Below are positions 15,201 to 33,500 of a stretch of DNA of 64,000 bases, piece by piece. The notes below the pieces were generated by a model. It was given only the letters and a program-made list of their open reading frames with translations, ran no database searches and was not told the DNA's origin. Source of the DNA: the human T2T-CHM13v2.0 reference genome, Homo sapiens. The position numbers were made by a program, and so were the translations under genes. How positions within the stretch are numbered: position 1 is the first letter of the stretch; the number at the start of each line of letters is the position of its first letter. The stretch lies in assembly GCF_009914755.1 (NCBI RefSeq), contig NC_060934.1; one strand, 5' to 3'.

Positions 15201-16850
15201 TCACCACCACAAATCCTCACAACCTAGGCCACTGAGGCACTATCAAACATCACTAACATGGATTACATCTGAAGAAACTGCACTACTTTATGTACCAAGA
15301 ACCAAAGTCAGTACATCCCAGCCAATCGACATATAAAAACCCATCTATAGGAATAAGGCTTTTCCTATGAAACCTATTCTATAAAATTGGAAGAGGCTAC
15401 TATTCCCTCAGGTGCATAAATATCAATGTAAGGACACAGCAAACTTGAGAAAGCAAGGAAACATGACACCTCCAAAGTAACACAATAATTTTGCAGTAAT
15501 AGACCCCAAATCAAAGGAAATATACAAAATGCCAGTGAGATACAAGATAATATAAATAAACGATTCAATTAAATTAGGAAGCCAACTTAGTATCTGCATT
15601 AAAAATTAAACAAGAGATAGATATTATTTTTAAAAAGAACCAAACAAAAATTCTAGACCTGAAAAACTTAATGAATGGAATAAAAAATACAATCAAGAGC
15701 TTCAACAACAGACGAGACCAAGCAAAAGAAAGAATTTCTAAACTTCAAGACAGATCTTTTGAAATAACAAAAGCAGACAAAAAAAGAGAAAGAACAAATA
15801 AAGAAAGCCTACAGAATTTATGGAAAACCATTAAGTGAATAACTATTTGCATTATGAGCAATCAGAAGGTGAAGAGAAGGGAAGAGGTGAGGAAAACATT
15901 TTTGATAAAATAATAGCAGAAAACTTCCCAAGTCTAGAAAGAGAGAGATGGACATCCAGGTCCAGAAAGCTCAAAGGACCCCAAATAGATTAAACACAAA
16001 CACATCCTCTCCCACGTACATTAGAGCTAATCATCAATCAAAGACAAAGAGAGCATTCTAAAAGCAGCAAGAGAAAAACAGCAAGTCAGGTATAAGAGAA
16101 TTCCAATTAGACCAACAGTAGGTTTCTCAGAAGAAATCTTACAGGCCAGAAAAGAATGGAATAATTTATAGAAAGTGCTGAAAGAAAAACATACTGCCAG
16201 TCAAGAACTAGGCAAAACTGTTATTTAGAAAGGAGGGAGAAATAAAGTCTTTCCCAGATAAGCAAAAACTACAGGAATGATTCACAACTTTACTGGTGTT
16301 AAAAGAAATGATTAAGGGAGTCCTACATCTGGAAGTGAAAAGATGATAACTACCATCATGAAAACACACAAAATTACAAAAATCATAGTTAGAACAGATA
16401 CACAAAGGAGAAAGAGAAAAAAAATCAAACCTTACTATGACATGAGAATAAGATTACATACATAAAGTATTAAAATAAAGAAAATTACAAACCTGGAACT
16501 TGATAACCTGTGGAAATGTGCTTCAAAAAATGATGATCAGGGTGTATGTACAAAGGTGACATATATGTTGTGATAATGGCAGTGATGTATAGTGGCTGTA
16601 AAAGCCCTCTTGGAGATAGCAATGATTAGCATTTTATTATTTTTTAAACCTCTTAATTTACTTAAAAGACATAACTGGAATTCCAATTCCGCTAGGCTGG
16701 TAGGAATCCATTACAGCCCAGCCCTTCTGCTAGTTGGAGCTATAATTTCTGGAAAAAAATGCAGAAAATAATTACCTGAGGACTCTAAAGTGTGAGGTAA
16801 TGCAGGCAGATTGTGAATGAAAGTCAAAACTAAACAAGCAAACAGAAGTT

Positions 16851-17011
16851 CTCTCTCTCTCTCTCTCTCTCCCTCCCCCCAATCTCTCTCTTTCACTACA
16901 TATTTGTGTGTGTCTATATATACATATATATGTGTATGTATGTGTATTAATATGTGTATATCTGTGTGTATATTATATATATATACACACACATATGTGT
17001 GTATATATATA
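16851..17011 (+). repeat. (CT)10 followed by mixed (TA)/(TG) low-complexity repeat
   Basis: Seen directly. Confidence 0.9.
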
Positions 17012-20000
17012 TTCCCCTGCTCTCTTTCAACTTAAGAGGGCTCTTGCTGTGTATCAGCATGGTGGTAATGGCAGCATTGGTACCTAAAGTTAGCATGGAA
17101 ACTCATGTATTGCTTTATATTTGGTGAACTTGAATAGAACAATAGAAACAATTCAATCTGAAGAGAAAAGAAGGGGGAAAAGATTGAAAAAGAAAGATCA
17201 GAGCCTCTAGGACTCTACATTAAATGGTTTAATTGATGTGCCATTGGAGCCCCAGAAGAAGAGAAAAACATTTTCATGCAAAAATATTTAAAGCAGTAAT
17301 TATAGAAAACATTCCAAATTTGATAAAATATATATATATATAAATTACGGATTCAAGACAGTCAGTGAACTCCAAAAAGTATAAGCACAAAGAAAACCAT
17401 GTCTACATACATCTTAATCAAATTGCTGAAAACAAAATAAAAGGAAAAATCCTGAAAGCAGCCAGAAGAAAACAACACATTATACACAGGGGAAGCAGGA
17501 TTGGAATCACCATTGATTTCTCATCAGAGGATATGGAAGTCAGAATAAAGTGGAACAACATCTTTAAAATGTGAAACGCTGAAAAAAAAAAAAGAACTGT
17601 CAAACCAGAATTTTATATCCTATAAAAATATCCTTCAAGAACAAATGAAACTTACAATCTTCTCACAAGAAGAAAAACAAATAGAAGTTTTACAGCAGGC
17701 CTACAATATTAAAAATGTTTTTTAAAATTTGCTTTAAAACATTTTTTAAAAACTTATGTTTAAAAAAATTCAAGGTAAACAATACCAGAGGGAAACTTGC
17801 ATCTTCAGAAATTAAAGAATAAAATAAATAGTAAATATCTAGGCTATTTTCTTATATCTTAAGTACTTTTAAATGTGTGCAACTGAATGTTGAAATAAAA
17901 AATTATATCATCTGTTAGATCTTTCAGTGTATGCAGATATATATGACATCTATAATGCAAAATAGCATAGGGGTAAGGGAGGAGAGTTATAGGGACCTCC
18001 ATGCTAGAAATTTTCTAAAGTTTACATAAAGTGATACAATATTAATGCTACGTAAATCCCTTAAATATTGACAGAAAATACATACCCAAAATGTAAATAA
18101 ATAAAATGAAATATTTTTAAAAATTTAAATAATTCAAAAAAGGCAAGAAAAAGGATATGGAGACTGAACAACCAAAAAATTAATAAGAAAATTGTAGACA
18201 TAAACCCAACTCTATCAATAATTACACAAAATTATACAATGTGCCAAACACTCCAATTTAAAGGCAGATATTGATAGAGTGGACAAAAAGCAATACCCTG
18301 CCATGGGCTGCATATACAAGCAACAATTTAAATATAAATGCCAGGCAGATTGAAAATAAATGGATGGATAATTATGCAACTTATGTAATGTTGTGAAATG
18401 TAGCCAAAGCAGGACTTAGAGGGAAATGTGTAGAATTAAATGCTATGTTAAAGAAAGAATAAAGATATAAAATAAATAACCTAAGTTTCTAACTTAAGTA
18501 ATTAGAGAAAGAATAAATTAAAGCTAAAACAAGCAATAGAAGGAAAATAATAAAGGTAAAAGCAGAAATGATTGAAGTTAAAAACAGAAAAACAACAGAG
18601 AAAAATCAATGAAACTAAAAGATAGTGTCTTTGAAAAGATGAGTAAGATTGATAAACCTCTAGTCAGTCTGTCCAAGTAATGAATAGAAATAACACAAAC
18701 TACTAACATCTGGAATTAAAATAGGACATTACTACATACTTTTAAATGATATTAACGGAATACCATTAATAATTCTATGTCTATAAATTAAACAACTTTG
18801 ATGAAAATAATCAATACCTTGAAACATACAAACTACTATAAACTACTTAAGAAGAAATAGATAATGAGATAACCCTCATATCTATTAAAGTTATTAAATT
18901 TGTAGTTAAAAACCTTTCAAAAGGCCCTTATAGTTTCACTGATGGATCAGGAAGAAATAATACCAATTCTGCACAATTTCTTCTAGAAAACAGAAGAGGA
19001 GAGAATATTTACCAACTCTTTTTATGAGGTCAGCATTATGCTCATACCAAAACCAAATGGTCATTACAGAAAAACTGGAGACCAACAGTTCATGTGAACA
19101 TAGATGCAAAATTGTCAGCAAAATACCAGCAAACTGAAAGGAGCCACATATAAAAAAGATAATACATCATGACCAAGTGATGTTCATGCCCAAAATGCAA
19201 AACTGCTTTCACATACAAAAATCAATTGCTGGAATTCGCCATATGATCACACTGAAAACCTGAGAGAAAAAAATCATAATCATCTCCATGAACCATTCAA
19301 CAAAATTCAACATCTATTCATGATAAAAACTCTCAAGGAACTAAGAACAGAAGGAAACTTCCACGACTTAATAAAAGACATCTTTTTAAAAATCTGCAAT
19401 AATATCTCATTTAATGAAAGACACTGAATGCTTTCTCCCTAAGAGTGGGAACGAGGAAGGAATGCCTTATTTCACAATTCCTAATCACCATCATATTGGA
19501 AGGCATGTAATAAGACAATAAAAATAAACAAAAGAAATACAAGAAATATAGATTGGAAAGAAATAAATAGAACTGTCTTTATTCACAGATAAAATGATTC
19601 TCTATGTAGAAAAAACTAAACAATTATATTAAAATCTACTAGTAAGTAGTAAGTTAGTAAACTAATAAGTAAGTTTAACAAGGTCACCAGATACAAACTC
19701 AAATTGGACCACAGACTTAAATGTAAAACTTTAAAACTTCTAGAATAAAACATAAAGAGAAAAATCTTCTTGAACTTAGGTTTCTAGAAGGTTTACATAT
19801 GACACCAAAATCACAATACACCAAAAAAATGTAATTTGAAATTTATCAAAATTTAAGTACTGATTCTTCTGCAAAAATACACTATTAAGTAATGAAAAGG
19901 CAAGTCAGAGATGGGGAAAGATATTTTAAAACTCTTATCTAATGAACACCTTCTATTAAGAATACATCTATAGAAAATTAATACTTCAACAATAAAGCAA

Positions 20001-20814
20001 AACAACTCCTTTTTTGTAAAAAAAAGCTTACATCATTAGTCATTAGTTAAATGCAAATTAACACCTCAATTAGGTACTACTATATATTTATTAGAATGGC
20101 TAAATTTAAAAAAATATATATTATGATAATAAATTGGCAGCACCAAATGCTGGCAAAAATGTGGAGCAAAAAGAACATGAATTCATTGTTGGTGGAAATG
20201 CAAAATTATACAGCCACTTTGATAAAAAGTTTGGCAGTTTCTTATGAAAATAAATTATCTACTTATGACATGACCCATCAATTCTACTTCAAGGTATACA
20301 TCCAAATGAATTAAAACTTACTTTTACATAAATATCTTTACAAAAATTTTGATAATGCCCTTATTCAGAATTGCCAAAAAGTGAAAATAATCAAGATGTC
20401 CTTCAAGAGTTGAATGGATAAACAAACCCTGGTACATCCAATGATGGAATACTATTTAGCAAGAAAATGAAGAAACAAATTACAGAACAGCATAAATGAA
20501 TCTTAAATAGATTTTGCTAAGTGAAAGAAGACAGACCCCAAAGGCTACATACATATCATGTAACTCACTTATAAAATTCTTGTAAAGTCAACCTATAGAG
20601 ACAAAAATTTGACTAGTGGTTGGTTGCCTGGCTGGTTTTTAAGGATGTGGGGTTGAATAGAAAGAAGCCACACAAGACAATTTTTAGGGTGATGGAACTA
20701 TTCCACATGTTACCATGTTGGTGGATACATGACACTGTGCATTTGTCAAAATCTATAAAACCGCACACCACAAAAGTAAACTTTATTGTATAATTTTTTC
20801 ATGCTTTTTGTTAT

Positions 20815-21382
20815 CATTATTATTTTAACGTTTATTTGAGGTTCGGGTGTACATGTGCAGGTTTGTTATATAGGTAAACTGTGTGTCAAAGGGATTTGGT
20901 GTTCAAATAATTTCATCATCCAGGTAATAAGTATAGTACCTGATAGGTATTTTTCTCTGATCCTCTCCCTCCTTCCACTCTTCACCCTCAAGTAGACCCC
21001 AGAATCTGTTGTTCCCCTCCTAGCAGCCATGTGTTCTCATTGTTTAGCTCCCACTTATAACTGAGAACATGCAGCATTTGATATTCTATTTCTGTGTTAG
21101 TTTCCTTAGGACAATGGCTTCCAGCTCTATGTTGCTGCAAAGGACCTGATCTCATTATTTTTTATGGCTGGATAGTATTTCATGGTATATATGTACCACA
21201 TTTACTTTATCCAGTCTGCCATTGATGGGCATTTAGGTTGATTCCATGTCTTTGCTATTTTGAATGGTGCTGCAACAAACACACACATGCATGCATCTTT
21301 ATGGTAGAATGATTTATATTCCTCTGGGTATATATCCAGTAATGGGATTGCCGGGTCGAATGGTAATTCTGTTTTAAGTTCT
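20815..21382 (-). mobile_element. 5'-truncated old L1PA (L1PA15/16-like) 3' end
   Basis: gtacatgtgcaggtttgttatataggtaaactgtgtgtc; ORF 21202..21414 contains [22 protein letters not shown]. Confidence 0.85.
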
Positions 21383-21668
21383 ATGCCTGTAATCCCAGCA
21401 CTTTGGGAGGCCAAAGTGAGAGAACTGCTTGGGTCCAGGAGTTCCAGACCAGCCTGGGAAACACAGTGAGACCCATCTCTACAAAAAATACAAAATTAGC
21501 CCAGCATGGTGGCATGTCCCTATGGTCCCAGCTACTCAAGAGGCTGAGGTAGGAGGAGAGCCTGAGCCCAAGAGGTCAAGGCTGCAGTGGGCCATATTTG
21601 TGCCACTGCACTCCAGCCTGGATGACAGAGCAAGACTCTATCTCAATAATAACAACATTAAAAAAAAT
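21383..21668 (+). mobile_element. AluJ (Jb-like) lacking its first ~19 nt
   Basis: J-type diagnostics (gagcccaagaggtcaaggctgcagtg); starts at atgcctgtaatccc. Confidence 0.85.
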
Positions 21669-21730
21669 TATAGCCAGAATGTCAAAAGATTCCAGGATGG
21701 AAAGTTGGCTATAAAAAATAAATTTCAGAA

Positions 21731-22087
<357 letters not shown>

Positions 22088-22815
22088 CTAAGTAGCTTTT
22101 GGAAACAGTGATTTGCTTGGATACTCTGAACCTAAATACCAAAAGAATTGTATTTAAATGCTGTTCTTTAGTTGGTAAATTTGGTTCTCACATGCATGCT
22201 GATTAGCAGTTCTGATACTCCATGTATCCAAAGGTTGGACAAATAAGTAAATAATTTGTAGATAATGGAAGCCAACTTTCTCACTGTCAAAGAGTGAAGT
22301 AACAAATAAGTAAAAAGAGAAGACTAGAATGAATCCTTCCTGATGGATGAGTTAGAAATCATGATTATTTATACATACATGTATGTGTGTTTATATCTAC
22401 CTATGTTTCCATCTATTTGTATCTACAAATATACATCTACACACACACATGGATGGATGAATGGATAGATAGACAGACAGACAGAAATAGAGATGTGTGT
22501 GCATACATGAGTTAATACACATGCATATACTTCCTCACTTTGTCCATTAAAAGGTCCAAGAAGCAGTGATAGCTCAGTAAAAGCAGATACATTAATCACC
22601 CATATTTTAGTTTCTAAATACCACTGAAATAAGCCAGATACCAATAAAATAAGCCAGAGCTCCTTGGAGACATGGCTAATTCTAGGTCAGAGGCAAGGAA
22701 AATACAAGATGGGAACAGAGCATCTTATAGCATGAGAAAATAAAGAAGTCCTCAAAAAGGATGAGGGAGGCATGTCCAAAGGAGATAGGAGGCTACTTGA
22801 CACAGTTCCCAGTAA

Positions 22816-23139
<324 letters not shown>

Positions 23140-23745
23140 CAATAGTATTTGATTATAACTCAAAGATTGGCATAAAAAAATCCATGAGTTCATACTGATA
23201 TAATGCATGTTTGAACAAATAAATAAATGGGAGGGAGGGGAAGAGTCAAATCCTCATTACGTAAGAATTCCAAGTAAAGTAAGAGGAACAAGGGAAACAT
23301 CAAATCACCACAAAAAGCACAACAGCAACAATTGCTGCATGCAGGATTCGCTGATAAACGCTAAAATTAGTGGGAAAAAATTAAAGGAGAAATAAGATAT
23401 TTGCACCGTTTCAAAGCATATTCCCCCAGAAGTTTATTAATTATTGTGATTTTGACAAGTACCCACAACTTTTTGTTACTCCCCACACCAAGTGATGAAT
23501 GTTAACTCCCCTTTCCTCAACATCTCAACATGATCTGGACTTAGTAACTTGCTTCTAATAAATATCATATGACAAAAACTAGTAACTTTACATTGGGGAA
23601 ACCTCACAGACACCACCTTAAACAGGCAATCAAGGTTAACATCATATGGATATCATGTATCCCCTGATATGATACAATGAGAAGGGTACCAGGTGGTGTT
23701 CTTCCCCAAAATTCATAACCTCCGTCTAATCATAAGAAAACTTCT

Positions 23746-24343
<598 letters not shown>

Positions 24344-24542
24344 CTACAAAATACCTGATAAATACTCTTCAAAATTGACAAGGTCTTTAAAAAAAGAAAG
24401 AAACTAACAATTTGTTATAGATTGGAGGAGGAAAGAGCCACGATGACTAACTGCTATGTGGATTCCTGGAAAAGATCCTGAAAAAGGAAAAGAACATTAG
24501 TAGGAAAACAGGCAAAATCATAATAAAGTCCATAGTTTACTT

Positions 24543-24668
24543 CATATGTCTAGTGTTCCACTATTGGGACGCTAAGGATGTGGGAGTTCTTCATATCCTA
24601 CTGCTCAAGGTCATCGCCAAGGTCTGATTTTTCAAATTCAAAAAACTGCAACCTCAGGAATAAATGGG
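24543..24668 (+). mobile_element. MER85 piggyBac-family MITE (PGBD3-related)
   Basis: ctagtgttccactattgggacgctaag...ctgctcaaggtcatcgccaaggtctgat...gcaacctcaggaataaatggg followed by TTAA (24669-24672); left TIR damaged. Confidence 0.88.
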
Positions 24669-24819
24669 TTAATATATTATTCCAAGGTTAATTTCCCAGA
24701 TTCGATATATTTATAATTATTGTGTGAGATGTTAAAAATAAAGGAATTTGAGGGAAGTACATCAAATAATTATTTGTGCTGTCTTTTCAAATTCTAAAAT
24801 TATTTTTTTAATTATAAAA

Positions 24820-27331
<2,512 letters not shown>

Positions 27332-28294
27332 GTACATTGTCAAAATCTCAATTATTTTACTTCAATCATCTCTCAGTAAAGTTGCTAAAAGTCACTGAAA
27401 TATACACTTGAAATGGGTGCATTGTGATTTGTAAAATATGACTCAATCAAGTTATTGAAAAATCCATGATATGTTCAAGAAACTTTTTTAAATTACAAAA
27501 AAGAGAAAAATAAAGATAATTTGAGAAATAATTAGAATCTAATTAAAATATATATAAACAAAAATAAACAGAAAATTAAAAATGCATAATGACTAAAACC
27601 AAAGAGGGGGTAAAACAGTAACATGTGGGTCATGCTTAAAAGCTCCAATGTGTATAATTAGCATTTCAGAGAGAAGAGAGGGAATTCACCAAAAGCAATA
27701 TAAGATTAAATACAAACTGAGAATTGTCCAATACTGATAATATATTTAAATGCAAATAATTAAATAATTCTGTGAATATCAAGCTTGAGAAATGAAAAAA
27801 AACTATATCTAAATACAGTAAGACTACTGAAAACTTTAAAACAGTCAGGGGAAAAAATGTTACCATTTTACTTTCAAATGAGAAATGATAAGACTGACAG
27901 TCCCAGGAATGATGGAATCAAGAAGAAAGTAGAATAATACCTTTTAAAGTTATAAAAGAAAAATAACTACTAGCTTAAAATTCCACACCCAGTAAAAATA
28001 ACCATCATCAATGAGTGCTGGAAAAAATATATTTTCAAAAGAATACTGAGAGAATCCACTGGGCACCAATAAACCTGCATTGAAAGAAACACTAAAGAAA
28101 GTTCCTTGGGTAGGAAAGGATCCCAGAGAAAAGTAGAAAGGACTAAGAACAATTGAAAAATTAAGTGTGTGAATAAGTATAACTAAATAGTGATTAAATG
28201 ATCATTATTCAAAAAATAGCAATGTATTAAGGGTTTTAAAATATGCACAATGAAAGTATATTACAACAATAAAGCAAAAGAGGAAAAGACTTAA

Positions 28295-28638
<344 letters not shown>

Positions 28639-28649
28639 CTTTTTGGTTG

Positions 28650-29668
28650 TTTTTTAATTCATTTTTTCACATTTTTGAAAATTGCAATAGCTTTTCAGGT
28701 ACAAGTGGTTTCTGGTTACATGGAGAATTGTATAGCTGTGAATCTCAGATTTTAGTGCATCTGTTACCCAAGTAGTGTACATTGTACCCAATATATAGTT
28801 TTTTATCCCTCACCACCCCCCCACCACCAACCTTCCAGTCTTCTGAGTCTCCAATATCTATTATACCTCTCTGTATGCCTTTGCATACACATAGTTTAGC
28901 TCCCACTTATAATTGAGAATGTATATTTGGTTTTCCATTTCTGAGTTAACTTCACTTAGAATAATGTCATCCAGATCCATTGAAGTTGCTGCAAAAGACA
29001 TTATTTTATTCTCTTTTATGGCTCAGTAGTATGCCACACTATATATATACCACATTTTCTTTACCCACTCATCAGTTGATGGATACTTAGGTTGGTTCCA
29101 TATCTTTGCAAATTGTGTTGCAATAAACATGTGTGAAGGTGTCTTTTTGATGTGATGACTTCTTTCCCTTTGGAAAAAAAATCCAGACATGGGATTGCTA
29201 GATTGAATGATAGGTCTACTTTTAGTTTTTTGAGAAATGCCCATATTGTTTTCCATATAGGTTGTACTAATTTACATTCCCACCAGCAGTGTGTGTTTCC
29301 TTTTCACCACATCCATGCCAACATCTGTTGCTTTTGACTTTTTAATAACAGCCATTCTGGCTGGGGTAAGGTGATATTTCGCTGTGGTTTTAATTTGCAT
29401 TTCTCTGATGATTAGTGATGTTGAGCATTTTTTCATGTTTGTTGGCCATTTGTGTATCTTCTTTTGAAAAGTGTCTATTCATGTCATTTGTCCATTTTCT
29501 GATGGGATTGTTTTTTTTTTTCTTGCTGATTTATTTGAGCTTCTTGTAGATTCTGGATATTAGTCATTTGTCAGATGCATCATTTGCAAATATTTTCTCC
29601 CATTCTGTGGTTTGTGTGTTTACTCTGATTATTCTTTTGCTGTGCAGAAGCATTTGAATTTAATTATG
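28650..29668 (-). mobile_element. L1PB2-like 5'-truncated element
   Basis: caatagcttttcaggtacaagtggtttctggttacatgga...ttttagtgca...gtgtacattgtacccaat. Confidence 0.85.
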
Positions 29669-30171
29669 TTAAAATAGGCTAATACTGAAACTTTTCAGTG
29701 TTAGTGTGGAAAAGGTAAAAGAATAATTTATGCTAGATTGTAATGAGTCAAATGTATTAGTTAATCTCTAGGGAATTCACTAAAGGAATAGCAAAAGGTA
29801 ACAAGTTAATACAGGGGGCAAAAGAACTAATTTTTTAAATGGTCAATCAAAAATATGGTAAGAGAGAAATGCAATAGAAAACATAATCACAAAAAGAGAA
29901 TGGAAAAAATAGTAAAAAACAACTGGACAAAAAATATGTGTGTAATGCACAGAATATTGATTCACAAACTGATTATCAATAACTTATATTTTCAAATATA
30001 TATAAATTTAAGTTATGAAAGAGAAAACAGAATAATATTCTTCAATAAATTAAGGTAAAAAAGAAGAGGAAAAAAAGATAAAATAACAAATAAAAAAGAG
30101 AAAAGTGATAACCATAAACCCAAATAAATCAGTCACTATATTGACTGTAAGTAGATAAATACCCGCAATCA

Positions 30172-30497
<326 letters not shown>

Positions 30498-30559
30498 CTA
30501 GAATTGTCAGATTAGATTTGATTTTTAAAAACCAATAAAATGACTAGCATCCCCAATGA

Positions 30560-33500
30560 CATAACTTCAGACTAAAAAGAAGGGAAAATCCCTGTGAACA
30601 TGTTCACAGATGCCAGCAACTGTGACCCTCCCCCGTCCCCCACCCTGTTGTTGCGGGCGTAAGCATGTGCCGGAATGCTGTTACTCCATTTGTGCCAGTG
30701 CCCCACACTTGCCAACACATGCACCCTGCCACATTCACCCTGCCACACTGCACCCTACACCCTGCCACACTGCTGTGGCTACTGGCAGGCACAAGTGAGC
30801 AAGGATCCTGCTGCCACCATTTAAATGAAGCACTCTGGCCAGCATCTCCCATCAGATCATTGGGCCAACAGAATGGGAACACCTCAGTTCCTCCAGCACA
30901 GCAGGTTCCTAACTTCAAGGGGCCAGAGAACAAAGCTGGGGGCCTGGCACCAAGCCTCAAGAGTTAGAGCAGGCAGCCCAGGAGTGCTGAGCTGGGGCTT
31001 GATCCCCTAAAATCTTCCCGAAATAAAGCTAGTTGACTGAACCCACATTATGCCACAATCAAACCCCCAAGGGCATCAAAGAAAATGAAAGCAAAAAATC
31101 TCATTCAAAGGACAACTTCAAAGATTGAAGGAATATGAGTCCACACAGTTGAGAAAGAACCAGTGCAAGAACTCTAGCAACTCAAAAAGCCAGAGTATCC
31201 TCTTACCTCTTAATGACTGCACTGGTTCGCCAGCAATGGTTCTTAATGAGGCTGTAATGGCTGAAATGACAGACATAGAATTCAGAATATGGATAGGAAT
31301 GAAGATTATTGAGATTCAGGAGAAAGCTGAAACCCAATTCAAGGAGTCTAAGGAATACAATAGAATGATATGGGAGCTGAAAAATGAAGTGGCCATTTGA
31401 AGAAGAACCAAATTCATCAGATAGAGCTAAAAAACTCACTTTGAGAATTTCATAATACCATCACAAGTATCAACAGCAGAATTGACCAAGCTGAGGAAAG
31501 AATCTCAGAGCTCGAAAAAAAAACAATTCTCTTAATTAAATCAGTCAGACAAAGACAGACAGACAGAGAGAGAATTAAAAAGAATGAACAAAACCTCTGA
31601 TAAATATGAGAAAATGTGAAGAGACCAAATCTATGACTCATAGGCCAAATCTATGACTTGGAGTCACTGAAAGAGAGGAAGAGAAAGCAAGCAACTTGGA
31701 AAGCGAATTTGAGGATACTGTCCATGAAGGTATCTAACCTTGCTAGAAAAATGCAGGGACTGCGATTTTAACTTCAGACCAAACAGACTAAGCCAACAAT
31801 GGTTAAAAAAAAAAAAAAGATGAAGAACGGCATTACATAAATGGTAAGGGGTTCGATTCAACAAGAAGACCTAACTATTCTAAATATATATGCATCAAAC
31901 CCAGAAGCACCAAGGTCTTCTAAGACCTTGAAAAGAGACTGAGATAATCACATAATAATAATGGGATAGATCAACAGCCCACTTATAGTATTCGACAGAT
32001 CGTCAAGGCAGAAAACTAATGAAGACATTCAGGACTTGAACTTGGCACTCAACAAAATGGACCTAACAGATATCTACAGAAATCTCCATTCAAAAACAAA
32101 AGAATATACATACTTCTCATTTGCACATGGCACATACTCTGAAATTGACTACACAATCAGCTATAAAACAATTCTCAGCAAATTAAAAAAAAATGAAATC
32201 ATACCAAACACAACATTCAACCACAGTGCAATAAAAATAGAAATCAATACTAAGAAAATCATTCAAAAACCATACAATTACATGGAATTTAAACAACCTG
32301 CTCCCGAATGCCATTTGGGCAAACAATGAAATTAAGCAACAAATCAAGAAATGATTTGAAACTAATGAAAATAAATATATAACATAGCAGACAGAATCTC
32401 TGGGACACAGCTAAAGCAGTGGTAAGAGGAAAATTTATAGTGCTGAATCCCACATCAAAAAGTTAGAAAGATCTCGAATGAACAACCTAACATCATACCT
32501 AGAGAAATGAGAAAAGAAAAGAGATCAAAACAACTCCAAAGGGAGTAGTAAACAAGAAATAACCAAAATCAGAGCTGCACTGAATGAAACCGAGATGTGA
32601 AAAACCATACAGAAGATCAACAAATCCAGGAGTTCATTATTTCAAAGAATAAATAAGATTGATAGATCACTATCTAGTCTAATAAAGGAAAAAAGAGAGA
32701 AGAGCCAAATAAACACAGTCAGAAATGACAAAGAGAACATTACTACTGAACTGAAATGCAAAAAAAAACCCAGTGACAACAACCCTTAGAGACTACTCTG
32801 AACACCTCTGTGCACACAAACTAGAAAACCTAGAAAAAAATGAATAAATTCCTGGAAACATACAACCTCCCAAAATTGAACCAGGAAGTAATGGAATCCT
32901 TGAACAGACTAAAAATTAGTTACAAAATTGAATCAGTAATAAAAAGCCTACCAACCAGAAAAAGCCCAGGACTAGATGGATTAACAGCTGAATTCCACCA
33001 GGTGTATAAAGAAGAGCTGGTAATATTGCTACTGAAACTATTCCAAAAAATTGAGGAGGAGGGACTCTTTCCTAACTTATTCTATGAGGCTGGCATCATT
33101 CTAATACCAAAACCTAGCAGAGACACAACAAAAACAGAAAACATCAGGCCAATATCATTGATGAACATAGATGCAAAAATCCTCAGCAAAATACTAGCAA
33201 ACTGAATCCAGCAACATATCAAAAAGCGAATCCACCACAAATGGGTAGGCTTTATCTCTGGGATGCCAGGTTAGTTCAGCATATACAAATTAATGTGATT
33301 CGTCACATAAACAGAACTAAAAACAAAAGCCACATGATTATCTCAATAAATGTAGAAAAGGTTTTGATAAAATGGAACATTCCTTAATGTTAAAAACCCT
33401 CAACAAACTAGGCATTAAAATAACATACCTCAAAAAAAAAAGTCATATATAACAAACCCAGGGCCAACATCATACTGAACAGGCAAAAGCTGGAAGCATT

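Larger units (their letters stand above)
13685..16440 (+). mobile_element. L1M2/M3-type 5'UTR plus degraded ORF1
   Basis: 5' start ggagtgctatcagcaagatgg; GC-rich UTR; ORF1 landmarks gaaaacttcccaagtctagaaagaga and ctaaaagcagcaagagaaaa. Confidence 0.75.
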
